Source: Octopus vulgaris
Lineage: Eukaryota
Assembly: GCA_951406725.2 (NCBI GenBank)
Contig: OX597820.1
Location: 27,652,001 to 27,716,000 of the forward strand
DNA length: 64,000 bases
Direction: 5' to 3'
The position numbers and the translations under genes were made by a program. Every line of letters begins with the position of its first letter. Within the stretch, counting starts at the first letter, position 1. Under the pieces are notes generated by a model. That model made no database searches, was not told the DNA's origin, and saw only the letters and a program-made list of their open reading frames with translations. Shown piece by piece: positions 25,846 to 38,251 of this stretch.

Positions 25846-26087
25846 GAAAGAAAGGGAAAGAGAGAATGAGGAAGTGACAGATATAGTATTCTTAGATGTG
25901 GCTGTTTCCTTAACCGCTCCATAATACACATGATATAAAATTACAAAATGATTGACGGAGAGAACTTAGCTTTATGTTTATGTATTCATCAGCTCCAATA
26001 ATCTGACACATAAATATACATGTATATGTAGCACATTTTCAAAGCCTTGTTTAAAATACATATATGTACATATATGCACGCACGCAC

Positions 26088-26168
26088 ACACACCACACAG
26101 ACAGACACACACCACATAGACAGACACACACCACATAGACAGACACACACCACATAGACAGACACACA
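26088..26168. repeat. 19-bp minisatellite (acaccacatagacagacac) x4
   Basis: Direct inspection. Confidence 0.85.
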
Positions 26169-26310
26169 CACATGTATATACACGCGCGCACGTACGCACA
26201 ACTCTATATAAGCATTATGCAAGTAAAAATTTGCGTACACAGCTTGTTTATATGCTATGTAGGCATAAACGTGGTTTTATATATATGTGTGTGTGCATCT
26301 ATACCTGCGT

Positions 26311-26355
<45 letters not shown>

Positions 26356-28164
26356 TATATTCATATGAAATTATGTATACAATACCTTTATAATCTTAAT
26401 CCTTTCGTAATCACAATACCCCATAGAACCAGTATCAGATTTTACCATGTTGTTTCCTATGAATTAAGAGGATTACGGAATAATCTTCTCCTGGCTAAGA
26501 TATTAGTCTATAGCAAGTAATTTTCCCCATGAGATATGGTATCTGCTCTCCAGTTATATAACTTTTGTCGATGCAGAATCCACAGTCTTTAATATACAAG
26601 TGAAAACTTTATGTGACTGTAAGCGCCAGGAGAGTTTATTATTCAAATATTTCCTTTCTAGTATATAATAAATATTTATATTTATTATTTGGTGCATTTA
26701 TTCTTTTCATTGGTTTCAGTCCTTTATAGGTTCGAGTTACTCTACGTTGTGGCTTTGCTACAGTGTGTCTGCAATTGGATTAAATCGACCATATCAACCC
26801 CAGGAATTTCTATGCTTATATTCCGAATCATAATTCATGAAGCGCAAGAACTTCTTGGCTTAAATTTCTATCTCGGAATAAACACTTCAAGCTGACATTT
26901 TGTTCAACGCATCAATAACCCAGACATTCCTTTCTGAATTCACTTTATATTTGATGAATTAATATAGGGCAATCTTGTCTTTCAAACTTATGATATTCAA
27001 GATAAAATTGTATCCTATTTTATTAAAATGTTCATTCACAAGGCATTAGATAATGCGAAGATATTATATAAGTGTTTAGACCAGATGCCATTACGATGAG
27101 AACCATCCAAAATTTTAAACAACCGATGCATCTGCTCCTATATAGCGATCCCTTTAGTGCGGGTCAGTATTTCTATTGGGAAAAAAAATGTTGAATTGGC
27201 AGAATCAGTAAAATCCGAATGAAATGTTTAGCTGTAGTTAGTGACCTCTTTTAATGCTTCGAGTTTAAATCACACCAAAAATGACTTTGCTTTTCGTCCT
27301 CATATATTCAATAATACAAAGACTAGTCAAGTATTGAGGTCGATATAATCAACTGCCGGCCAATCCCCTTTTGTGAGACTTGCGACCACGCCATAAATCG
27401 ATATACCTCATTGATCTGTTCCCACAAAATATGTGGTCTTTCGTTAAATTAGAAATCCATAATGCTGTAATTAGATGTTTATGTTTCAGGAACAAGAAAC
27501 CAATATATATAGTTGCCGTTCAATAAGACTTTGGCTCTCATAACTTAAATTAGTTGCACGGTTTCGCCTATTGATTCACGCAACTTTTTTTTCTAATTAC
27601 GCTGCTGTGTCACAATTTAGTCAACACTGAATTAAATTTGTAACGTGGAAACAGCATGAAAGCCCCGCCAAAAGAAGGAGTTTTTTTCTGTCTGTCGATG
27701 GCAGACTTAACCCTCACCTAATTTAATAGCACCATATCGCTATTAGGAGCCGTCAGCGGAGCTCATTAGATTGCAATCGTTCGGACAAAGTATCTGGTCT
27801 GAGAATAACTCCATCAGTCCTCCGTAACCAGTGTGTGTATGAGGCTGTTTGGCATATGTGTAAATGCGTGCGCGAATTTGTGCATGAAACTATTGTGTGC
27901 GTGTGATTGCTTTTGTTCAAGTGTTAATATGTCTATGCGTGTGTGTATGTACTGTATCCTGGTTGTCTGTGTGTATGATGTAGTTTCGTGTGTCATACCG
28001 GGAGAATGTGTTGCTGAAACAGAGGTGCCAAAAGTAGTAGCTTGTTACCATGAGTGTGGATACTATGAGTGTCATGAAAGCGAGGTGGTGGTGGGCAATT
28101 AATATGTGTGACGTATGAAATAGGTGTGTATGTGTGTGTGTGTGTGACTGTGTGTGTATCTTTT

Positions 28165-28471
28165 TCTCTTTCTTGAATTGTTTCAGTCATTTGACTCCGG
28201 CCATGCTGGGGCACGGTCATGAAGTTGACAATATCGACTCGAGGACTTATTTTTTTTCAGCCAAGTACTTATTCTATCTTTTCTGCCAAAACACAAAATA
28301 ACGGGAAATAAACGCACCGACACTGGTTGTCAAGCGGTGGTGGAGTACAAACACACAAAGACATACAAATATACACACGCGCGCACACACACACAAACAT
28401 ACATATATATGTATACATATATACATGTATATACATATACATATATACACACACACACATATATATGCGCA

Positions 28472-28523
<52 letters not shown>

Positions 28524-28536
28524 TACATATATACAT

Positions 28537-28597
<61 letters not shown>

Positions 28598-28602
28598 TAC
28601 AT

Positions 28603-28658
<56 letters not shown>

Positions 28659-28967
28659 CATATAAAATAAGGGCAAAGAAAAATTCTAATGCCAAATATG
28701 CCGAAAAATAAGACAAAATTGTCAATAACCATTATAATTAATGCGTCTCGAAACTTGCCGATAGAAATTTCTATCGGCTTGTTTCGAGACGCATTAATTA
28801 TAATGGTTATTGACAATTTTGTCTTATTTTTCGGCATATTTGGCATTAGAATTTTTCTTTTGCCCTTATTTTATAAGTTATTTATAAATTTAACCTTTAA
28901 AGGTATTTTTTGGATATTCTGGCCATTGATAAAATTTTTTTTCGAAGAAAAAAAAAATCCTATATTA

Positions 28968-29020
<53 letters not shown>

Positions 29021-29175
29021 GACAGTCATCTTTTAGTTGACGCCTACTATAAATCCAATTACAAGGCCCGATACTATCGATACTATCGCAGAAGACCCTT
29101 GCGCAAATTGCCACGCAGAGAGACTGAACCTGGGAGCATGTGGCCGGGAAGCAAGTTTCTTATCAAACAACCACA
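28165..29175 (-). mobile_element. SINE family A split by expansion and insertion in its internal microsatellite
   Basis: Tail at 28165-28360, head at 29018-29175, same strand and correct order; TA tracts and a palindromic element lie between. Confidence 0.7.
28661..28875. repeat. Near-perfect loopless palindrome (~107-bp arms)
   Basis: Centre gatagaaa|tttctatc at 28767/28768; mirrored ORFs [10 protein letters not shown] on both strands confirm the symmetry. Confidence 0.97.
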
Positions 29176-29229
29176 TCAGCTTAAACGTGTTGGTGTTGGC
29201 GTGTTTTAAGATGTTGACTAAGGGGACAA

Positions 29230-29800
29230 AGGGAATATAAGAGGTGGGTAGAATGATTGAGTGTACGTGAAGGAAAAGTAATGAAAAACGGTTAAGAACC
29301 AAGCTCCTTAGAATGTGGAATAGAAATGGTGCGAAACTGGGTTGTCATTCGCCGGGTCTTATGTCCTGTTGTGTTATACAAAATGCTAAGCCAGGTCTCA
29401 GTCAGTTTGCCCTGTATATGGGAAGAGGCAAAGAAATCAGAATATGCAGTAAATCAGATTACTGGATATGCAGGTGAAGGGTTCAATGACGTGGAAGTAG
29501 CGGTTATGGGTACCCGTGAAAACGGTGGTGTTAGAGAGGAAGAGGCAAGTGTGGAAGCAAGGAGAAGGGCACGGGAAGAAACTAAGTTGAGTGCCAGGAA
29601 TGGGAGTAAAGCTACGGACCAGTAAGCCACCTAAGTAACGGTCGACTTAGAAAGAAGGGAGATGTGGGTTGGTTAAAATATCGGAATGGATAGGTGAGTG
29701 TGAAAAACTGGTAAAATAGTGCGTTGTAGAATTAGGCTAGAAGGATAATAGGTGAGAAGAAAGGGAAACGGGTAAGAGTGAGACGGGACCAGGAAGTGTC
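29230..29800 (-). mobile_element. Penelope-like (Neptune-type) linker, Zn-finger and GIY-YIG fragment
   Basis: Manual translation RFPFLLTYYPS..FPCPSPCFHTC..FTCISSNLIYCIF*FLC..YTGQT..PVSHHF. Confidence 0.8.
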
Positions 29801-30384
29801 CTCGTTCCGTATATATTCATACATATGTACATACGCGCACAGGCATACACATGCACACTCATTCACACACACTCACACACCCACACACTTACATATATAC
29901 ATATGTATATATTGATGACTACGTAGGTATCTATTGCATATATATTTGTTATTTATCGCGTGTTAAGTGTAACGATTCATAATAAACATAATTTTTAGCT
30001 TAATTTGTAGAAAGTTCCCTCATTATATTTCCTATTCCACTGTGATGTGTATTCTTAATTGTTTAAGAAATCATTTCAGGCGTTGATTTCGGGGCTTCTA
30101 TATATTAATAATTGGCAATCCACTATCTTGAAATGGAACTTCTATGAATAGAAGACATCTAACAAATACTATAATATATATAAATACAGATATAATTATT
30201 GATTTGATTGTTCGATACATTGGAAGATAGATAAATAAATTGATTGATAGATGTGTAGGTATGTGTGAACTGAGAGGAAAATTCTTATATTTAGATACAC
30301 ACACACTTACTTGCAGAAACGAATGCGCAGGCGGATTTTGTTGAGATAACGACAAAAAACAGTCAGTAATATCTCGAGTCCTTT

Positions 30385-30596
30385 TATGTATGTATGTATG
30401 TATGTATGTATGTATGTATGTATGTATGTATGTATGTATGAATGTATGTATGTATGTATGTATGTATGTATGTATGAATGTATGTATGTATGTAGGTATG
30501 TATGTATGCATGTATGTATGTATATATGTATGTGTGTATGAATGTATGTATGTATGTAGGTATGTATGTATGTATGAATATATGTATGTATGCATG

Positions 30597-30627
<31 letters not shown>

Positions 30628-30630
30628 GTA
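30385..30630. repeat. Long (TATG)n microsatellite
   Basis: Direct inspection. Confidence 0.95.
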
Positions 30631-30814
30631 CATGCGTATATACAATTGTTCGTTTGTTTTCCACCTGCCTTCGTCTTTTGTTTATTTTCATAAAGCTTCC
30701 CGTTATATATCTACTTACACACATATGTGTGTGTGCATATATAGACATTTTTATATAGATATTTTTATACAGACATGACTAAAAACTTATGTGTGCGAAC
30801 ATATATGTTTGAAT

Positions 30815-30845
<31 letters not shown>

Positions 30846-30861
30846 ATATGTATATATATGC

Positions 30862-30893
<32 letters not shown>

Positions 30894-31363
30894 TTGTGTG
30901 TATGTGTATGTATGTATGTATATATATATATACTTGAACATTTTTTACATATACATAGCGATAGTTGTGTTTGTATCAAGAAAGCTGCAGGGTATCTGTG
31001 CACAGTGTTAACTTAATATTTCTGAATCTAAACATAACTCACGAATTCGTGACTATTATGTAATAATGCAAACCGTATTATGGAATTCTAGATCAGTTCA
31101 TTAATAATAACACTGTAGAAGCTAAATTATTTATTCAACAGGTCTTTTATATATGCCTATGATTAAAAAATATCAACGCTGCTGGGTCGATGTTTTGTAA
31201 AACAACCTATAGCGAAAATATGATGAATATTGTTAAGTAAATACGGAGAAGGCAATGAAAGAAAGGAAACATCGCATTAGAGAAATGCGCAATGCACATT
31301 AATATGTATGTGTGCATGTGTATGTGGAGTGCTCGTGTTTGTGCATAAAACAGAGTGTATGTA

Positions 31364-31429
<66 letters not shown>

Positions 31430-31454
31430 GCTTCCTCTCTCTCTCTCTCTCTCT

Positions 31455-31502
<48 letters not shown>

Positions 31503-31504
31503 TA

Positions 31505-31828
31505 ATAAATATTAGGAATAAATCCAAATTTACAGGGAAAAAATCAGATTTAGGATTAAATCCAATTTTATAGTAAAATATTATAAAATATTATTAGAGA
31601 CAAACCACTATTTTGCAAAACAAACAAGGAAAGACTTAATCAATACATAAAATTTTAATAAATAGTCTTGAAACTGACTTGTTGGAAGTCCACCTGAAGA
31701 TTGTCGATCAAGACAAGAAACAATTGTAGTGGCGGTTTTTTGACTATTTATTAAAATTTTATGTATTGATTAAGTCTTTCCTTGTTTGTTTTGCAAAATA
31801 GTGGTTTTGTCTCTAATAATATTTTATA
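31505..31828. mobile_element. Fold-back mini-element (86-bp arms 31582-31667 / 31742-31828) with a hammerhead in the loop
   Basis: Arms reverse-complementary with one indel; (TA)n on both sides. Confidence 0.85.
31690..31732 (+). ncRNA. Intact minimal type-I hammerhead ribozyme
   Basis: ccac-CTGAAGA-ttgtc gatcaa gacaa-GAAAC-aatt-GTA-gtgg; all core nucleotides and stems I/II present, palindromic stem III acaattgt; predicted cut after 31728. Confidence 0.85.
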
Positions 31829-31848
31829 TATACATATATATATATATT

Positions 31849-31901
<53 letters not shown>

Positions 31902-31938
31902 CTGTAAATGTAATATGTGACAATTATTCGGTAGTCAT

Positions 31939-31999
31939 GATAAAACTCCGAGTTTCGGATGCGGAGGTAGAAATCTACGTTGCCATCTCTTCAGTTATC
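31939..31999 (-). ncRNA. Minimal hammerhead ribozyme
   Basis: gataa-CTGAAGA-gatg..catcc-GAAAC-tcgga-GTT-ttatc; stem I gataa/ttatc. Confidence 0.75.
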
Positions 32000-32659
32000 C
32001 AGCTATTGGATAAATGAAGAGATGGCCTTAATATAACCCTACACAGATACACGCACATACGCACACACACACACACTCACACACACACACACACACACAC
32101 ATGAACGAAATCGCAGACATGTATATACATAACATCTGTAGCTGATAGTGTGGTTACTGTACATAATTGTGTGTGTTTGTGTGTTGTGTGTGTGTTGTGT
32201 GTGTTTGTGTGTGTGTGTGTGTTTGCGTGTGTGTGTGTGTATGTGTGTGTGTATTATGAGCACATACAATATCTTCAGACCAACATACATAATATTTCTC
32301 TGTCGGTATGGTGGCTTGACAAGCACATGTGTATATATAGCAACTCCTTTTAGTTTTATGATTCAGTACACAAAAGGGGCAATTACTCTCCTGTATTACA
32401 AATGGGTCCTGTATACTTGATAATATACAGGATAAACAGGTTAACACACGTACGTCTAAGGCTTTTGATCTCCAAACATTTTATGGCTGGCTGTACTACT
32501 TTGATATGAACGATTTGTATGCCACTCTTTTTTAAGTATATACACTAGTTTATAGAGGAACACAAGCATTACCGTGTACGCATATATACATACATATATA
32601 TATGTGTATGTGTGAGTATACCTTAGCGTGTTTGTGTAAATATATATATACTCTTTACT

Positions 32660-32880
32660 GTCTCTATTACTCTTTTAATTGTTTCAGTCGTTTGACTGCG
32701 GCCATGCTGGATCACCACTTTTAGTCGACCAAATCGACCCCAGGACTTATTCTTTGTAAGCCTAGTACTTATTCTATCGGTCTCTTAGCCGAACCGCTTA
32801 ATTACGGGGGCGTAAACACATCATCAGCATCGGTTGACAAGTGATGTTTGGTGGGGACAAACACAGATTCACAAATATAT
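32660..32880 (-). mobile_element. SINE family A 3' part
   Basis: gtttcagtcgtttgactgcggccatgctgg..ccgaaccgct. Confidence 0.85.
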
Positions 32881-32975
32881 ACACACACACACATACATAC
32901 ATATATACATATATATATATATGCACTATAATACAGAGCATGAGCCATATACCTGGTGTAATTTAGTCATCCAAA

Positions 32976-33014
32976 GTCTGATATATTTCGGAATAATATT
33001 CCTTCTTCAGATAT
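32976..33014 (-). ncRNA. Hammerhead core inside a 140-bp inverted-repeat element (32921-33060)
   Basis: CTGAAGA-A-ggaat att attcc-GAAAT-at-ATC-agac; core intact, stem I mismatched. Confidence 0.65.
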
Positions 33015-33136
33015 TCTTAGATGGAGTCGCTGCAGCCCATTGTCTGTATTTATAGTGCATTGTTGTACCATTCAAACCTTTTTATTCTTTACAAACAACA
33101 CACAATGCTTCAAGCGAACTACAATACTCTCTCCCC

Positions 33137-33253
<117 letters not shown>

Positions 33254-33721
33254 TAAAGAGAGAGAAATATTGTTGTTGGAATTAGTAATAATGTCACACT
33301 CCTCCAACGTGACGAATAGAATAACAGAATCACTACAAATAAAGAGAAGTAAGTGAAGTCAGAGATAGTAGTGTCTTTACTGGTTTTACTAAGTATAATG
33401 TATACCGAAGCGTGGTTTATAACAATCCAACATTTTAAGAATATACCAGTGGAGACGAGGATTTAAACAACGCAAGAGCAATTAATAAACTCGACGAGGA
33501 TTTTAAAAGCTAACGAGAAATTAACCTTTCACAAAAAGTTAATGAACTCACAAAAGTTTTGTTGATCGAATTTTACGAAACCAAAATCGTAAAATTATAG
33601 AAAATTTGTTGGCCGGTTTGCTCGAGTTGCAAAAAACATCAACAAAATCAGCAACTGCAAGAACAACAACTTTAGCATCCACAACTGCAACTACACTAGC
33701 TGAAGCAACAACAACAGGAGT

Positions 33722-34150
33722 GGAGGTGCAATGACCCAGTGGTTAAGGAAGCGATCTCGCGGTCGTAAGAACGCGGTTTCGATTCCCAGACCGGGTATTG
33801 TGATTGTTTATTGAGCAAAAACACCGAAACTCCACGAGGTTCCGGCAGTGGGGGTCAGGGGGTTGAACCCCGCTGTACTCTTTCACCACAACTTTCTCTT
33901 ACTCTTTCTCCCTACTTCTGCCACATGGCAGAGGAACCATGGTGTAACCCACTATGGTGTGGTAAACTTTCAGACCCTAGTCTAGATTGCGAATCCTCTG
34001 TACTCCAGGATGGTTCAGCTCTCCACCCGTTAAAAGTCACCGTTTGCGGAATGAGGATAGCAACGTAGCTTTCGCGCCCGTGCAACCGCCAGTCTATCGC
34101 GTATGGTGGGTGGATCTTCAAGTTGCTACACGCATTCTTTGAACCTAGAG
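33722..34150 (+). mobile_element. SINE-like family D (tRNA-like head) with tail type 1
   Basis: Head shared with 49377 and 52723; tail gatggttcagctctccacc..cacgcattc shared with 52835-52990. Confidence 0.8.
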
Positions 34151-34159
34151 AAAAACAAC

Positions 34160-34400
34160 AATGAGGACTACATCACATGCGCTGGTAGAGATAAAAAGAA
34201 ATGTGAAAAGTTTAAGCTGGACGAATTAACGCCAGATAATGTTCAAATGCCTGATTTTTACATAGGAACTTACTGCTGAAAAGGACGCAGAATTTAGAAC
34301 TAGAATTATCGCAAAGCTGGAATAAAACCAGGTGGTAACCCTACAACAAGTGTCAGAAGAATGTGAAAGGATAGCCAAATTAAGACACGACATGTGGCTG
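34160..34400 (+). mobile_element. Decayed Gypsy (K02A2.6-like) gag-region fragment
   Basis: EDYITCAG..CEKFKLDELTPD/MFKCLIF..KDAEFRTRIIAKLE..TLQQVSEECERI..LRHD. Confidence 0.75.
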
Positions 34401-35504
34401 AGGGACTGAAACACAACTAGTCCGGTAACATTTTAATACAACGTTAGGTATGGTAATTATCTCTCATTTCTCCCTTCATGCAGCACCCACGCAGTAGAAC
34501 AGTTAAGTTTTTGAGAGAAATGTAAGTGAAAAGTTAAAATACGCATGACTTTTATGTATTGCATTTATTCATTGACAAAACAGCTGCGTGTGTGTGTGTG
34601 TGTCTGCATACATATATATAAACACAAATATATATATACTTATATATGTGTGTGTGTGTGTTTATATATTTGTGCATATAATCTTGTGTTTGTGCGGTCA
34701 TTTATTTGTGGTTTTATATTTACGTCACTTACATAACTTAGTACGTAGCGTGGACAATGGATTACATATATCATTTATATAACAACCACCCTCATGTTGC
34801 GGCTTTATGTGAAAAAAAGCAACACAATTCGGCAGTCCGTTTGAAGCTATTATGTAAAGTATAAATCTTCCTGATTACAACAGACACGTTTATGGATACA
34901 ACTCGTAATACATCTGGACGTAAGCACAAAACATATGTACATACATAATGCATACATACGTAAGTACATACATACATACATACATACATACATACATAAT
35001 ACATATATACATACATACATACATACGTACATACATACATACATACATATATACATACACACATACATACATACATACATACATGAAGTAAATGCCTAAC
35101 TGTTAATCGGGATAGTGCTGGATTTTCTGAAAATGAAGTCAACCACCTGACTTCTACATTATCAATGCAATCTGTAAGTGAAACAATAAAACTATGCAAG
35201 ACTTTTCTCAGGTTTAAAATGTGACGTTGTTTTCGTTATCTACATTTCAATGATGAATCATTGTAACATTGTTTGAAACCTGTCCCTTCATAGAAAGAAT
35301 TTAAATGATTAAAAATTGAAGAGAAACATACATGCATAAATACATTTCCCGAGAAAAGAATAACCTTGACTTTGAAGTACGCTCTCGAAGAGGAGAGTAT
35401 TCTCTAGCAAAATAAGTAAAAAAAAAACCCACCAGATACGGCATTAAAATCTCATACCGAAATCGGTGGTGAGTATTTACAGCAATGTGATGAATCCACA
35501 TAAT

Positions 35505-35711
35505 TATTTCTTTATTGCCCACAAGGGGCTAAACAATGACAGACAAAGGAATTAAGTCAATTACATCGACCCCAGTACGTAACTGGTACTTAATTTATCG
35601 ACCCCGAAAAAATGAAAGCCAAAGTCGACCTCGGCGGAATTTGAACTCAGAACGCAACGACAGACGAAATACCGTTAGGTATTTTTTGTACTAACGTTTC
35701 TTCGCCGCCTT
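35505..35711 (-). mobile_element. SINE family B
   Basis: cccacaaggggctaaac..cggcggaatttgaactcagaacgc..cgccgcc. Confidence 0.85.
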
Positions 35712-35729
35712 AAGTGATGAATCCACATA

Positions 35730-36245
35730 CTGGCAGATTAATACCTGTCTGTATGCTCTGGCTACTACTGTAAAACAGTACGTGAATGATATCCAAAAAG
35801 TATACAAAACCGAAGTAACAAAGAAAGTACCATTATGGGTTTTGAAGACAGGGAAAAAGATGGAAGACCATCAGTTGTTTAATGATGTTTATTGCATGCA
35901 ACCAAGCAAATCAGTATACGTCCCACCAACAGAAAGTAAAGAAGGAGATAGAAATGATGTTTGGAGACAGCAAAAAGAGGATACTCACTTGCAAACTGAT
36001 TAACCTCAAGCAGAAGCTAAAAGCTGTCAGTGAAAAACTCCGACGTCAGAAGAGAATAACCGAGAGAAGAACAATAAACAGAAAAAATTAACCGCCACCA
36101 GGCAGCAGTATGCAGAGATATGAGAGAAAGAATAGTAAACATCACGCAAGCTCCTTCACGAGAAGACATTAACTCCTTCTCGAAGAAAATTTAGAATGGA
36201 GACAAGGAATTTAACGAAGATGCTCTGTGGCTGGAAGAAATCCTG
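35730..36245 (+). mobile_element. Dong/R4-clade non-LTR retrotransposon N-terminal fragment
   Basis: LKQKLKAVSEKLRRQKR..RTINRK..APSREDINSF.KKI*..EFNEDALWLEE resembles the pre-RT region of R4/Dong ORFs. Confidence 0.6.
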
Positions 36246-36248
36246 CGT

Positions 36249-36294
<46 letters not shown>

Positions 36295-36487
36295 CACTCA
36301 TACACACAGTAGCTCACATCTAAATCCTACATATATTAAAGGATATTTTTCTCTCAGAGGACAGAAGCCTCTTTTTCGCTGATTCCATTGTTAATGGTGA
36401 AGTACATTATATATGTGCAGGAACGCACGTGTGTACTTGTATTTGTTTGTGTGCGTACACACACACATACACACACACATACACACA

Positions 36488-36587
<100 letters not shown>

Positions 36588-36624
36588 CACGGACATGCAA
36601 ACATACACATAGACACACTAGCGT

Positions 36625-36872
36625 GGCTGAAAAGAAGCACGTCGTATATAGTTGTATGTATTTATGTGTGTGTCTGTATTTGTCCTCCTCCCATCGCTTG
36701 CTTTTGTGTTTATGTCCACGTAACCTAGTGGGGCGGCAAAGTAGACCAACAGAATAAGTACTAAGCTTACAACGAATAATCCCTGGGGCCGATTCGTTCG
36801 ACTAAAATACTTCAAGGTGGTGATCCAGCATGGCTGCAGTTAAATAACTGAAACAAGTAAAAGAATAAAAGA
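36625..36872 (+). mobile_element. SINE family A 3' part
   Basis: agaataagtactaagcttac..ccagcatggctgcagt..gaaacaagtaaaag. Confidence 0.8.
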
Positions 36873-36873
36873 C

Positions 36874-36911
<38 letters not shown>

Positions 36912-36914
36912 ACC

Positions 36915-37102
36915 TTCAACATGTGACATCGTGAGCACCGCCAGCAATTTTTTCCCTCTGTCTTCCCTTCTCGGGATCTTTCCTCCTCCTTTGTTTCCGA
37001 CGAAGAGCTCCGCTCGAAACGTTAAACCCTCCTTCCCTTCTTTCCTGAGCGTCCGTTCCACGTCCTCGCGCTGCTGTTTTTTTTGTGTTTTCTTGTTTGG
37101 AT

Positions 37103-37108
<6 letters not shown>
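36915..37108 (+). mobile_element. Short HHR-bearing repeat family X (copies 39105-39315 -, 49700-49900 +, 58856-58962 + partial)
   Basis: Shared tcttcccttctcgggatctttcc..cctgagcgtcc..ttggattaac; HHR motif 36993-37027; 3' end abuts (TA)n. Confidence 0.85.
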
Positions 37109-37161
<53 letters not shown>

Positions 37162-37240
37162 TATCTGATCACTACTATAGAAATATTCCTTTAAAAAAAC
37201 TTTTCTTCTAATTTTTCTAAATTTAATTATTTAATCGTTA

Positions 37241-37278
37241 CAGTTGAAAAGGTCTCAAAATGACCGAAACCGGTACTG
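37241..37278 (+). ncRNA. Degenerate minimal hammerhead
   Basis: cag-TTGAAAA-ggtc tcaaaat gacc-GAAAC-cg-GTA-ctg; stems perfect, CTGAnGA box mutated at two positions. Confidence 0.6.
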
Positions 37279-37330
37279 AAATGTTCACTATAAAATTATT
37301 TTAGCATTTTCTATTTTGACTTGTTTTTTC

Positions 37331-37376
<46 letters not shown>

Positions 37377-37885
37377 GGACATATACATATGCCTACATGC
37401 TCGTAACAGGGCTGTGCACAATTTTTATCTACCCAATTTAGCTCACTTGTCACTGGCTATTCGACTATACGCTTGTATTCACTTTTCACAAATACGGCTC
37501 TTTCGGAAAATAGCAAACGGGACCTGAATCTCCGTAAATCTGGTGCAAACTTCTTAACTACTCTGCTCTACATGTGCTTATGTTCGAATTAACGATTGTT
37601 TCTGATTTCATATTTTATTCATCATTAGTAAAACATACTTTCTTCATTAGCAGAAGGCAGTCAAATATAGACACTAATGGCTATTGGAAAATGGCTATTG
37701 TTGTTAAAAAAGCATTGATATTTATTATTCATAAGAACACAGCAATATATATAGATAACATGCAGCCATATTTATAAGTTCTTGTATATACTGCATGTAC
37801 TTGGAAGGTGAAAGAAACATGCATTGCATCATATATGTGTGTGTATGTAAGTGTCTGTGTATGTGCATCTGTGCATATATATCTA

Positions 37886-37984
<99 letters not shown>

Positions 37985-38070
37985 CCTTAAAAATCCTTTA
38001 AAATGTTTTAGCCCGAAGGCTGCGGCCATGCTGGGGCACCACCGATATATAATCTATCTATTTATCTATC

Positions 38071-38113
<43 letters not shown>

Positions 38114-38148
38114 TTATCTATCTATCTATGTATCTATCTATCTAGCTA

Positions 38149-38184
<36 letters not shown>

Positions 38185-38188
38185 TCTA

Positions 38189-38251
<63 letters not shown>

